From IMG/VR virus record IMGVR_UViG_3300035491_000097, positions 1 through 38,265 of that record: DNA of 38,265 bases; one strand, given 5' to 3'. A model generated the notes under the pieces. It saw nothing but the letters and a program-made list of their open reading frames with translations, was not told the origin of the DNA and ran no database searches. The translations under genes and the position numbers were made by a program. Positions 1 through 7,924 of this stretch are shown here, one piece after another. This stretch comes from a virus (Duplodnaviria; Caudoviricetes). Position 1 is the stretch's first letter. The number at the start of each line of letters is the position of its first letter.

Positions 1-50
1 CGCAGCTGTTCAGCCGCGAAGACGCGCCGGTTAAAGCGCGCGAAGTCTGA
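1..50 (+). CDS. 3' end of a phage early gene (partial)
   Basis: Frame 3 reads QLFSREDAPVKAREV* with TGA at 48-50, just upstream of the RBS of the next gene. Confidence 0.4.
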   Translation, partial: QLFSREDAPVKAREV

Positions 51-88
51 CCCAGCAAAACCCACTTACCACACAAGGAAGCAACACC

Positions 89-925
89 ATGCCACTGAGC
101 AAAGAAGCCATTCAGCACATCGAGTCCAACGCCCTGGCCGCCGCAGCGCGCGAACTGCACGTCGACGACGGCACCCGCCTTGCCGTCCTGCCGGAAGCGG
201 TGCGCCTGCACAGCCTCGAGCAGTACCAGCCGGTACGCGATCGCTTCCGCGGCACCATGGCCACCCACTCCCTGCAGGACTTCACCAAGTACGTCGAAGC
301 GCATGGATTTGATGACAACGCGCCGGTGAGCTCGCGCGGCTTCATCGACCAGGACGCCATGCGCGCCACCGTCATCTTCAACCTGGGCGCCCCGGGCTTC
401 GCCGGCCACGGCGACGACACCGCCACCCTCACCCTCAAGCCCACCGCCGCCTATGCCGCACTGCAGAGCGTCGTCGGCAAACCGCACAGCCAGCAGGCAC
501 TGGCCGAATGGCTGGAGGACTGGCTGCCCAACCTGAAAGCGCTCGACGGCAACACTGACCTGAACATGGTGAAGGCCATCAACGCCGTGCGACGCATGAC
601 CATCAAGGCCACCAGCCAGCGCGACAGCAACGTTGGCGACTTCTCCTCCAGCCGTTCGGCCATGGATGAGATCGAGGCCAAGAGCCAGGAAACCCTGCCG
701 ACGGCGCTCATCTTCACCACCGTGCCGTTCGAAGGCCTGCAGGTCACCACCATCACCCTGCGCCTGTCCGTCATCACCGGCCGCGACGAGCCGCAGCTCA
801 AGCTCCGCTGGGTCGGTGAAGAAGCTCAGCGCGAAGAGTTCGCCCGCGAGTTCAAGGCGGTGCTCGAGCAGGAAGTGGGCGGCATCGTGCCCCTGAGCAT
901 CGGCACCTTCAGCCTCGGCAAGTAA
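89..925 (+). CDS. DUF2303 (YfdQ-like) phage protein
   Basis: AAGGAAG RBS; motifs SLEQY..R.RFRG, GH.D, Q..LAEWLEDW typical of this prophage family. Confidence 0.8.
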   Translation: MPLSKEAIQHIESNALAAAARELHVDDGTRLAVLPEAVRLHSLEQYQPVRDRFRGTMATHSLQDFTKYVEAHGFDDNAPVSSRGFIDQDAMRATVIFNLGAPGFAGHGDDTATLTLKPTAAYAALQSVVGKPHSQQALAEWLEDWLPNLKALDGNTDLNMVKAINAVRRMTIKATSQRDSNVGDFSSSRSAMDEIEAKSQETLPTALIFTTVPFEGLQVTTITLRLSVITGRDEPQLKLRWVGEEAQREEFAREFKAVLEQEVGGIVPLSIGTFSLGK

Positions 926-936
926 GCGCAGCACCT

Positions 937-963
937 ACCCGCCGGCCTTACCAGCCGGCGGTT
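937..963 (+). other. Intergenic GC-rich hairpin (weak terminator or processing site)
   Basis: ACCCGCCGGC-7 nt-GCCGGCGGGT, perfect 10-bp stem with a poor U tract. Confidence 0.4.
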
Positions 964-984
964 CTACATCAGAGGGACACAGCA

Positions 985-1446
985 ATGAACTTCACAACCA
1001 TCCAGATTCTGGCCTTCGTCGGCGCCGTCGCCGCCATGGCCATCGTCTTCGGCCTCGGCTACCTCGAAGGCCGCCGCGCCGCCCGGCAGGACCTCGCACA
1101 CCTGGCCACCGCTAACCGTCAGCTGGTCGACAACCTGCGCCGGCGCGCCGAACGCGCCCAGCACGAACACACCATCAGCCGCCTCAACGCAGCCCAGGCA
1201 CTGGAGCACCTGACCGAGGAGCTGGACGCCCTGCGCACCGAACTTGCCGACGCCCAACGCCGCGCACTCACCGCAGAGGACGCCGAAACCCTCGCCGAGA
1301 TCGCCGCCAAGCTCAACCTGGCCGCCACGGTGTTCACCAAGATGGGCTCCGAACAAGGCACCCACGCCAGCAAGCTGGTCTTCGCCGCCATCGCCATCGC
1401 CGACCGCTACTGGAACACCACCCGCGAGCAGCTCGAAACGCTGTAG
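985..1446 (+). CDS. Hypothetical protein, N-terminal transmembrane helix plus coiled coil
   Basis: GAGGGA RBS; hydrophobic residues 6-26 followed by Ala/Leu/Glu heptad-like sequence. Confidence 0.75.
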   Translation: MNFTTIQILAFVGAVAAMAIVFGLGYLEGRRAARQDLAHLATANRQLVDNLRRRAERAQHEHTISRLNAAQALEHLTEELDALRTELADAQRRALTAEDAETLAEIAAKLNLAATVFTKMGSEQGTHASKLVFAAIAIADRYWNTTREQLETL

Positions 1447-1469
1447 GCCCAGCAGCAGGAACGCGCAGC

Positions 1470-2165
1470 ATGATCAACGCCACCCACTACGTGCTTGACC
1501 TTGAAACCATGGGCACCGGGCCGAGTGCAGCTATCGTCGCGATCGGTTGCGTCAAGGTCGCCGATGGCCAGATCGCCGACGAGTTCTACACCCGCGTCGA
1601 CCTTGAAAGCTCGCTGCACTCCGACGGCACAGTCACCGCCAAGACGATTCAGTGGTGGCTCAAGCAGTCCGAAGAAGCGCGCCGCGAAGTCGACGGCAGC
1701 CAGCACGCACAGCCCCTCATTTTTGCGTTGCGCGATCTGGACGTTTTCATGGACGACGATGAGCGTCAGATCTTCGTCTGGGGCAACGGCAGCAGCTTCG
1801 ACAACGTCATTCTGCGCAGCGCCTACGCCGCCTTCGGCGATGAAGCGCCCTGGCCCTTCTGGGCCGACCGCGACCTGCGCACGCTGCTCCACCTCTACCC
1901 GGAGGCAAAGCGGGCCGTCGCATTCGAAGGCATCCAGCACCACGCCCTACACGACGCCCGCCACGAAGCGCGGCAGCTGGTGGCGGCGCTGGAGATGCAC
2001 GAGGCGCGGGCCACAGCTGGCGGATCAATCCAAGTACCAGCAGACCCGACGCCGGCAATGGTCGCGGCAGCCGAGGAGGCATACATGCCGTTCGGCGATA
2101 TGCACCTGGCGATCCAGGTGGCCAACCTCACGCAGGTTGACGCTGTGAAGGAGGCGGGCCAATGA
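1470..2165 (+). CDS. DEDDh 3'-5' exonuclease (Rv2179c/DUF5051-like)
   Basis: ExoI DLET, ExoII WGNGSSFD, ExoIII HHALHDA motifs. Confidence 0.85.
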   Translation: MINATHYVLDLETMGTGPSAAIVAIGCVKVADGQIADEFYTRVDLESSLHSDGTVTAKTIQWWLKQSEEARREVDGSQHAQPLIFALRDLDVFMDDDERQIFVWGNGSSFDNVILRSAYAAFGDEAPWPFWADRDLRTLLHLYPEAKRAVAFEGIQHHALHDARHEARQLVAALEMHEARATAGGSIQVPADPTPAMVAAAEEAYMPFGDMHLAIQVANLTQVDAVKEAGQ

Positions 2166-2575
2166 ACCATCAAACTTGCACCATAGATGGCGCTGGCGTG
2201 CTTCTGACCATCGAGCAGGAAGGCGTGAGCATGCCCGCCGACTACTCGTTCCGGTGCGTCAATGACTATGTGCACGACAGCGGCCGGCACTTTGAGGAGC
2301 TGCAGTGCCTGGCACTTGGAATGGCGTGCGAGATTGAGCGGCTGCGCAAGGACGCCGAGCAATACGTTCCTGTGCATGAGGCCATTCAGCAAGCCGCCGG
2401 CGAGCTTCCGAACGGCTGGGAAATCAGGCTGTGCGTCGAGCGCGACGGCGGCGGGGTCGAGCTGTACGGACCAGGGGGCACCGAGGAGCAGTTCGCCAGC
2501 GACCACGAGCGCCTTGATTACACCATTACCGACGCACTCGAGGCTGCTCTCGCCACCCAAGGCGGTGCCGCATGA
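2162..2575 (+). CDS. Hypothetical phage protein
   Basis: ATGA overlap with upstream stop, GGAGG RBS, part of a coupled gene chain. Confidence 0.65.
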   Translation: MNHQTCTIDGAGVLLTIEQEGVSMPADYSFRCVNDYVHDSGRHFEELQCLALGMACEIERLRKDAEQYVPVHEAIQQAAGELPNGWEIRLCVERDGGGVELYGPGGTEEQFASDHERLDYTITDALEAALATQGGAA

Positions 2576-2787
2576 GCATCGAGATCCGCACCCGCCACAC
2601 CGGCTCTGCCTTCGTCGCCGTCGCGCCAAGCCTCAAGCAGTCCGCCAGCCACAAGGGCGGCGCCCGCCAGGCTGCCGAATCACTGGCCCGCCAGCTCGGC
2701 CTCAACCCCGACCTGCTGCGCGAGATCCAGCGCGACCTGCTGCGCCACGGCCATGAGCTTTTCAGCCATCCGGGGGTGACCGCATGA
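2572..2787 (+). CDS. Hypothetical phage protein
   Basis: ATGA overlaps at both ends. Confidence 0.65.
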   Translation: MSIEIRTRHTGSAFVAVAPSLKQSASHKGGARQAAESLARQLGLNPDLLREIQRDLLRHGHELFSHPGVTA

Positions 2788-2984
2788 GCACGCAACCCGC
2801 CAAGCCACTGCGCCGCCAGTCGGCACGCACCAACGTCCGCCAGATCGTGCCGGGCATCATGAGCATGTCGCTGATGAACGGCATCTGCGACATCTGCAAG
2901 CGCCACCGCTCCCAGGGCAACCACCCCACCTGCTCAAGCCAACGGCAGGCCCGGTACCGGCGTCTGTGGGAGGCGCAGGCATGA
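2784..2984 (+). CDS. Small hypothetical protein, possible Zn-binding
   Basis: ATGA-coupled; CDIC-x7-H-x2-C motif. Confidence 0.6.
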   Translation: MSTQPAKPLRRQSARTNVRQIVPGIMSMSLMNGICDICKRHRSQGNHPTCSSQRQARYRRLWEAQA

Positions 2985-3496
2985 GCATTACAGCAGACAG
3001 CTTGAAAGCCGTTTTGGATTACGACCGGGACACAGGACTGTTTCGCTGGAAAGTACGCGCCGCCAGAAACGTGTTTCCCGGTGCGGTGGCTGGCGTGTCG
3101 GGCCAGCGCGGCTACGTCCACATCACGATTGAAGGAAAGCAATATCGGGCACACCGGCTAGCGTGGCTCTACGCCCACGGCCGCATACCCGAGTGCATCG
3201 ATCACATCAATGGCAACCCGAGTGACAATCGGCTGAGCAATCTTCGCGAGGCCACGGCCTCGCAGAACGCTATGAATTGCCCACGTGGCCGCAACAATTC
3301 CACTGGAATCAAGGGCGTCTATCTCAACCGGGCGATTGGGCGCTATGGCGTATCGTTGATGGTTGGCGGGAAAAGCCAGTTCCTCGGCTATTTCGCCAGC
3401 GTCGAGGACGCAGCGCGGACGCTGCGGTCCGCACGGGCTACCGCATGTGGTGAGTTCGCCAACCACGGCGAGTTCGCAGAGGAGGCGCCGCAGTGA
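2981..3496 (+). CDS. HNH homing endonuclease with AP2-like C-terminal domain
   Basis: ATG at 2981 overlaps upstream TGA; YRAHRLAW, IDHINGNPSDNRLSNLREAT..QN, then STGIKGV..FLGYF..A. Confidence 0.9.
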   Translation: MSITADSLKAVLDYDRDTGLFRWKVRAARNVFPGAVAGVSGQRGYVHITIEGKQYRAHRLAWLYAHGRIPECIDHINGNPSDNRLSNLREATASQNAMNCPRGRNNSTGIKGVYLNRAIGRYGVSLMVGGKSQFLGYFASVEDAARTLRSARATACGEFANHGEFAEEAPQ

Positions 3497-3804
3497 CCTA
3501 CTCGATCTTCTACAGCACCGAAATGCCGAACGACACCGCCCAGGTCAGCGGCCGCTTGCCACGCAAGCCGCAGCGCTGGTTGATGGAGTGGCTGGTGAAA
3601 ACGCCGGACGGCAAGACCCACGTCGACAACTCCCGCACCATCCAGCGCGCCACCTATGAGGAGGTAAACGCGATCATGGGCGCCATCATCGACGACATCA
3701 AAGCCGAGATCGGCGAACTGGCAACTTTCATCAGCTACCGCCTGACCTGCCACGGCGGCACCAAGAAGCATCGCAAGGGAGGGAAACGCCGTGGTCGCGC
3801 TTGA
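3493..3804 (+). CDS. Hypothetical phage protein
   Basis: GTGA overlap, GGAGG RBS, basic C-terminus. Confidence 0.7.
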   Translation: MTYSIFYSTEMPNDTAQVSGRLPRKPQRWLMEWLVKTPDGKTHVDNSRTIQRATYEEVNAIMGAIIDDIKAEIGELATFISYRLTCHGGTKKHRKGGKRRGRA

Positions 3805-3991
3805 GGGTTACCTGCGCGAGGAGCAGGTGCTGGAGGTCACCACGCTGTCCCACGCCACGCTCTGGCGCGAGATCAAGGCCGGGCGCTTCCCGAAACAGGT
3901 CCGGCTTTCGCCGGGCCGCGTCGGTTGGCGGGCATCCGATCTGCGCCTTTGGCTGGAGGACCCAGAAGCGTGGAGCAATCAGGCGGCGTGA
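3791..3991 (+). CDS. AlpA-family DNA-binding protein, probable excisionase
   Basis: LR..QV...T.LS.ATLWR.IK.G.FPK.V.L....VGW signature; converges on the integrase. Confidence 0.85.
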   Translation: MVALEGYLREEQVLEVTTLSHATLWREIKAGRFPKQVRLSPGRVGWRASDLRLWLEDPEAWSNQAA

Positions 3992-3994
3992 CGG

Positions 3995-5194
3995 CTACGG
4001 CTTCACGCCAGCCACATCTACAAGCCAGGTAGCCCAATCCTCGAGGCCCTGGCTTTTTTCTTTCAGGTAGTCGTAGCGGTCATAGTGCTTCGACGACACA
4101 TCGCTGAACGCATGCCCCTGGATGCGATCGCGCAGTTCCTTGCTGATCCCCGCCACACCCATCAGCGTCTTGCAGGTGCGCCGCAGGTCGCGCAGCGTGA
4201 ATGGCGTCTTGAACGTGTCCGGGTGCCGCGCGCAAAGCTTCGTCACCGCCCTCGACACGGACTGCACGTTGATTGAGTTGTTCTTATACCGGCCCATGAA
4301 CGGAAAGGCCTCTTCGCCGGAGATCGGTTTCAGCCGCTCCAGGCAGGCGCGGCTCAGGCCGTTGAACGGCACCACATGAATCTCCCGCTCGCCTTCTACA
4401 CCCTTCTTGCTGCGGATCATGTAGTAGTCGTCGCGGTACATCGTGCGGTCTGACGCCACCACCTGCTCCGGCCGCTGCCCACCGCTGGCAATCAGGAACT
4501 TGATCAGCTCCGCGGTGACCAGGCTCAGCTCCTCGGGCAGCAGGTTCCACAGCGCCGCCAGCTCTTCCTTGCTCAGCACGCGCTGCCCTGGGCGCTCCCA
4601 ATCGCCCTGCACGGGGATGCTCGCCACCGGGTTATAGGTCAACCCGAAGCGCACCTTCGACTTGAGGTAGTCCCGCGGGTTGTATTCCTGGTTGAGCCCG
4701 TGCTGGAACGCCGCATGCAGCTGCGACCGCACCCGGTTGCAGTAGGTGGTCACCTTCGCCTTGATCATCGCGGAGATAATGTCCCGGATATCCCCAGGCT
4801 CGATGGCGCTAGCCAGCTTCTTCACCAGGTGCGGAAACGGCTCAGAGACATAGTGCTTGAGCGACCATTCCACGTTGCCGGCCGAGGCCGCGCCTTCGGC
4901 TTTCAGCTTGGCCACATACGAATCGAGCAGGTTCTGCAGCGTGCCCTCCGCTTCACTCTGCGGCGACGCACCTTTGCACTTGTCCCGCGCAACGGTGAGC
5001 GACATCGTTGGCCACACACCGAGCTTGCGTTGCTTCTTCTTGCCGGCCACGAACCACTGGTAGTAGAACTCCTTCGTGCCGTTGGCGCGAACCTTCAGCA
5101 GCAGCACCCCTTCCCCGCGCGCACCGCGCCCGTCGGACATCACATAGTCGCGGTCTTCTGGCTTGAGCGAACGGATCTGCTTTTCGGTTAGCAT
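3995..5194 (-). CDS. int: Tyrosine recombinase / P4-family phage integrase
   Basis: MLTEKQIRSLKP..D..G..LLLKV..NGTK arm-binding domain; catalytic GQRP, RDLRRT, GH, HYD boxes; adjacent to att core. Confidence 0.95.
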   Translation of the reverse strand: MLTEKQIRSLKPEDRDYVMSDGRGARGEGVLLLKVRANGTKEFYYQWFVAGKKKQRKLGVWPTMSLTVARDKCKGASPQSEAEGTLQNLLDSYVAKLKAEGAASAGNVEWSLKHYVSEPFPHLVKKLASAIEPGDIRDIISAMIKAKVTTYCNRVRSQLHAAFQHGLNQEYNPRDYLKSKVRFGLTYNPVASIPVQGDWERPGQRVLSKEELAALWNLLPEELSLVTAELIKFLIASGGQRPEQVVASDRTMYRDDYYMIRSKKGVEGEREIHVVPFNGLSRACLERLKPISGEEAFPFMGRYKNNSINVQSVSRAVTKLCARHPDTFKTPFTLRDLRRTCKTLMGVAGISKELRDRIQGHAFSDVSSKHYDRYDYLKEKSQGLEDWATWLVDVAGVKP

Positions 5195-5195
5195 G

Positions 5196-5218
5196 GGTGA
5201 CAGTTTCCGGTGACAGTT
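5196..5218 (+). repeat. Integrase arm-type sites, left pair
   Basis: GGTGACAGTT at 5196-5205 and 5209-5218. Confidence 0.8.
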
Positions 5219-5347
5219 GTCCCGAACTAACACGAAATTCAGCGGGACAAATTGAGACTGAGCCGGAAGCCCCAGCCCATACAGGACGGGGATTGTAGCG
5301 CCTTTACGATACCTCGCGTTATACCCTGATATTTGGCCCGTTATAGA

Positions 5348-5391
5348 TTCCCAAGCTCATGACGAGGGTTCGATTCCCTTCGCCCGCTCCA
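5348..5391 (+). other. attP core = 3' half of tRNA-Gly(CCC)
   Basis: TTCCCAAGCTCATGACGAGGGTTCGATTCCCTTCGCCCGCTCCA: anticodon loop (CCC), T-arm GGTTCGATTC, CCA end; no tRNA 5' half upstream. Confidence 0.9.
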
Positions 5392-5399
5392 GATTCTAC

Positions 5400-5424
5400 G
5401 GGGCCTCTAGTGAGGCCCCTTTTT
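5400..5424 (+). terminator. Rho-independent terminator following the att core
   Basis: GGGGCCTC-TAGT-GAGGCCCC-TTTTT. Confidence 0.85.
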
Positions 5425-5428
5425 ATTT

Positions 5429-5481
5429 GGTGACAGTAATGGCGACAGTTATCGATTGTCGGGGCCGCTGAAACTGTCACC
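5429..5481. repeat. Integrase arm-type sites, right group
   Basis: GGTGACAGTA 5429-5438, GGCGACAGTT 5441-5450, inverted AACTGTCACC 5472-5481. Confidence 0.8.
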
Positions 5482-5526
5482 ACCGCCGGCCGTAATCATC
5501 CCCAAAATGGCAAAACGAGAGGCGCC

Positions 5527-6003
5527 CTAGCGCCTGGCCGCAGCCCTCACTCCGTCGTAGACCCGCTCGCAGGTAAGCCCTGCTGACCGGGATCTGTCAG
5601 CCTGGCCTGCCATTGCTCGGCCAGCCGCTTCCATTTCTCCAAGCACGTCGGCGAACACTGCGGCGGCGTTTGCCCTTGCCTGGCGCTCGCCGGCAGTTCC
5701 GGCATTGCAGGTAGCGAGCTGAGTGGCAAGCCGCCCGGCTTGCCGGCGCAGCCCAGCAGCAACAGCCCCAGCATCAGCGGCAGCACGCCGCAGGTCTTCC
5801 AGTTCGTCATGGCCTTTCTGTCCTTCTGTATCGGCTACCGCCTGTTGTTTGCGCTCTACAACGCGCACCACCTGCACCGCTTGGGTCTGGTCCTGCGCGA
5901 TGCCTGCTCCCAGCCGCCAGCCATTGACCTTCCAGCCCGCGGCAAAGCAGAGCACCGCCAGCAGCCCGTAAACGGTGCTGCGCTCAAATAGCGTGCCGAT
6001 CAT
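5527..6003 (-). CDS. Rz: Rz-like inner-membrane spanin (DUF2514-like)
   Basis: Start MIGTLFERS overlapping the endolysin stop; N-terminal TM, helical body, AGLTCER.YD C-terminus. Confidence 0.85.
   Translation of the reverse strand: MIGTLFERSTVYGLLAVLCFAAGWKVNGWRLGAGIAQDQTQAVQVVRVVERKQQAVADTEGQKGHDELEDLRRAAADAGAVAAGLRRQAGRLATQLATCNAGTAGERQARANAAAVFADVLGEMEAAGRAMAGQADRSRSAGLTCERVYDGVRAAARR
5547..5810 (-). CDS. Rz1: Rz1-like outer-membrane lipoprotein spanin embedded in Rz
   Basis: Nested in an alternate frame; lipobox LLLLGC, Pro-rich mature part, second Cys pair. Confidence 0.8.
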   Translation of the reverse strand: MTNWKTCGVLPLMLGLLLLGCAGKPGGLPLSSLPAMPELPASARQGQTPPQCSPTCLEKWKRLAEQWQARLTDPGQQGLPASGSTTE

Positions 6004-6632
6004 GCCAACGCCTCCTGCCCCGCCTGCCACAACGCCAGGCGCTGCGCCTGGCCATGGGTGCCGCCGTTGATGCGCCGAGTGATGGCCTCGAACCGCCCGG
6101 CGTCGGCCAGTTCGTTGAGGCCGTTGCGGGCCCAGTACCAGGCGGCGGATAGCGCGGCCCACTCTGGCTGCTCGAGCAGGCCGGGGTAGCCCTCGAGGTT
6201 CTGGCCGATGGCCTCGCCGCAGGTGCGGTAGTTATCGCGCCCGGTGAGCTGGATCAGCCCGCGCCCGCGGTAGCGCCAGCCGTCGCCGCTGGCGGCCGGG
6301 CCATTGCCCAGCCGATCGGCGTAGACGTGGTTGGCGATGGGCTCGGGCCGCCGCGCCAGGAGGTGCGCCAGCGCGTTGGGCTGCCCGTCGGCCGCGCGAA
6401 AGCGCCGCGGCCAGGTAGCTGCCAGACCTGCTGCGGAATAGTTGAGGTTCTCGATCAGGTGGCGGAGATGGCCAGACTCGTGGCCGACCTGGGCAATGAA
6501 CGCCGCTCGCCGCACAGGGCTATCAATGCGGTAGCGCGCCATGGCTCGGTTGAGTGCAGGTACAAAAACGCCCGCGACAGGGCGGGCGTTGGGGAGGATC
6601 TGCAGCAGCTGCTGCTCGGTCAGGGGGCGCAT
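6000..6632 (-). CDS. Glycoside hydrolase family 19 endolysin
   Basis: AAFIAQVGHESG, ENLNYS, GDGWRYRGRGLIQLTGRDNY, ITRRINGG motifs; ATG at 6632. Confidence 0.93.
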   Translation of the reverse strand: MRPLTEQQLLQILPNARPVAGVFVPALNRAMARYRIDSPVRRAAFIAQVGHESGHLRHLIENLNYSAAGLAATWPRRFRAADGQPNALAHLLARRPEPIANHVYADRLGNGPAASGDGWRYRGRGLIQLTGRDNYRTCGEAIGQNLEGYPGLLEQPEWAALSAAWYWARNGLNELADAGRFEAITRRINGGTHGQAQRLALWQAGQEALA

Positions 6633-6646
6633 GGGAAACTCCAGGC

Positions 6647-6670
6647 AAAAGAAGCCCGCGCGTGGCGGGC
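6647..6670 (-). terminator. Terminator-like hairpin just upstream of the endolysin
   Basis: Minus strand GCCCGC-5 nt-GCGGGC followed by TTCTTTT. Confidence 0.55.
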
Positions 6671-6737
6671 GTGTCAGATCAGCGGAAACCAAACAAGGTT
6701 CGCTTTCCTTTTTCGGCTGCGCGCGTCCTTCGGGCGC

Positions 6738-7796
6738 TTATCCGCCCGCATCCGGCAAGCTCACCACCGCCAGCGGTGCGTCGGCTTTCTTGGTGCGGCC
6801 GACCTTGGCCTTGCCCTGGTTGCCGGCTGAAATCGAGTAGCTGTCCACCCAGCTCTGGCCGGCATAGGTGCGGGTCACCGACTCCACCAGGTAGTCACCG
6901 TCCGCCCCGGCCTTGAAGCCCGCGAGGCGCACCGTGCTTTCGGCGCCGATGTCCGCGCGCCCTATCGACGACAGGTTGCCGGAGGCGGTCGCGCGGTTGA
7001 GTCCATCCAGGCGAGATTTGGCAGCTGCCTTGGCGGCGTCCGGTGTCGGGTAGACGTGCCGGTCAACGTGCTCGCCGCCGGCCTGGGCGGCGGTGCCGTC
7101 CGGGTTGGGCAATTCCACCACCACCTGTTTGCCGGTTTTCGGGTCGTGCGCGCGCGCCTTCACCTTGGCGAACGAGGCGCGATCGGGGAAGGTCAGCTGG
7201 TAGCTGACGAGATCCTGCGGCGTCAGCGTCACGGCCGGCACCGCCTTGCCGCTGGCCGACTTGCCGGAGTCGCGCGGCAGGACGATCAGCTTGCCCTCTT
7301 TCACCGTGGCGGTTGCGCCGTGCTGGCGGGCCAGGCGGGTGACGAAGTGCAGATCGGATTCGCCCTGCTGGTCGGCGCGGGGCACCGCGACCTCAACGCT
7401 GCACGCTGGCTGCCAGCCGTTGCGGCTCGCGATGGCTGCCACGATGGCCGCCAGGGTGGTCGCCTCGTACGCCACGCTGCGGGTGCTGCGCGCATCCTGC
7501 CTCATGTCGGAAGGCTTGGCGCGGATGGTGATCGTGGACGGCGGGCCGGACAGCTCGATTTCATCCACGGTGAAGCTGCCCATCGGCGCGAGCGCCTGCC
7601 CTCGCCAGCCCAGAGCAACGCGAAGGACCGCGCCCTTGGGCGGAAACTCGACGCGGCCGTCCCGGTCATCGAGGCGGATCTCCAGCTCATCCGAGTCGAG
7701 CCCCGCCTTGTCGGTGATGCGCAGCTCGAGCAGGCGGTCGCGCAGCAGCTCGGTGATGTTCTCTTTGTTGGCGATCAGTTCGAAGTCGGCTTGCAT
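6738..7796 (-). CDS. P2 gpD-like baseplate hub (late control D family)
   Basis: ITD..G..SD.L.I.LDDRDG, G.F.VDEIE.SGPP, Q..ESD..F.TRLA motifs; position at the end of the tail operon. Confidence 0.9.
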   Translation of the reverse strand: MQADFELIANKENITELLRDRLLELRITDKAGLDSDELEIRLDDRDGRVEFPPKGAVLRVALGWRGQALAPMGSFTVDEIELSGPPSTITIRAKPSDMRQDARSTRSVAYEATTLAAIVAAIASRNGWQPACSVEVAVPRADQQGESDLHFVTRLARQHGATATVKEGKLIVLPRDSGKSASGKAVPAVTLTPQDLVSYQLTFPDRASFAKVKARAHDPKTGKQVVVELPNPDGTAAQAGGEHVDRHVYPTPDAAKAAAKSRLDGLNRATASGNLSSIGRADIGAESTVRLAGFKAGADGDYLVESVTRTYAGQSWVDSYSISAGNQGKAKVGRTKKADAPLAVVSLPDAGG

Positions 7797-7833
7797 GCTT
7801 GGCCTGCACGGTCAGTTGCGAAATTTGTTCAGG

Positions 7834-7862
7834 AACAAAAGAACCCAGCGCCGGGCTGGGTT
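7834..7862 (-). terminator. Terminator downstream of the antirepressor
   Basis: AACCCAGC-5 nt-GCTGGGTT stem followed on the minus strand by CTTTTGTT. Confidence 0.7.
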
Positions 7863-7924
7863 CAGTGGTTGCCGAGGGGCGTCGGGGCTATTGCTCAAAA
7901 TTGAGCATTAGCTTCAGCAGGATG

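Noticed and set aside
5300-5391. Complete tRNA-Gly gene
   Set aside because: Acceptor 5' strand, D-arm and 5' anticodon stem are absent; it is only the att core
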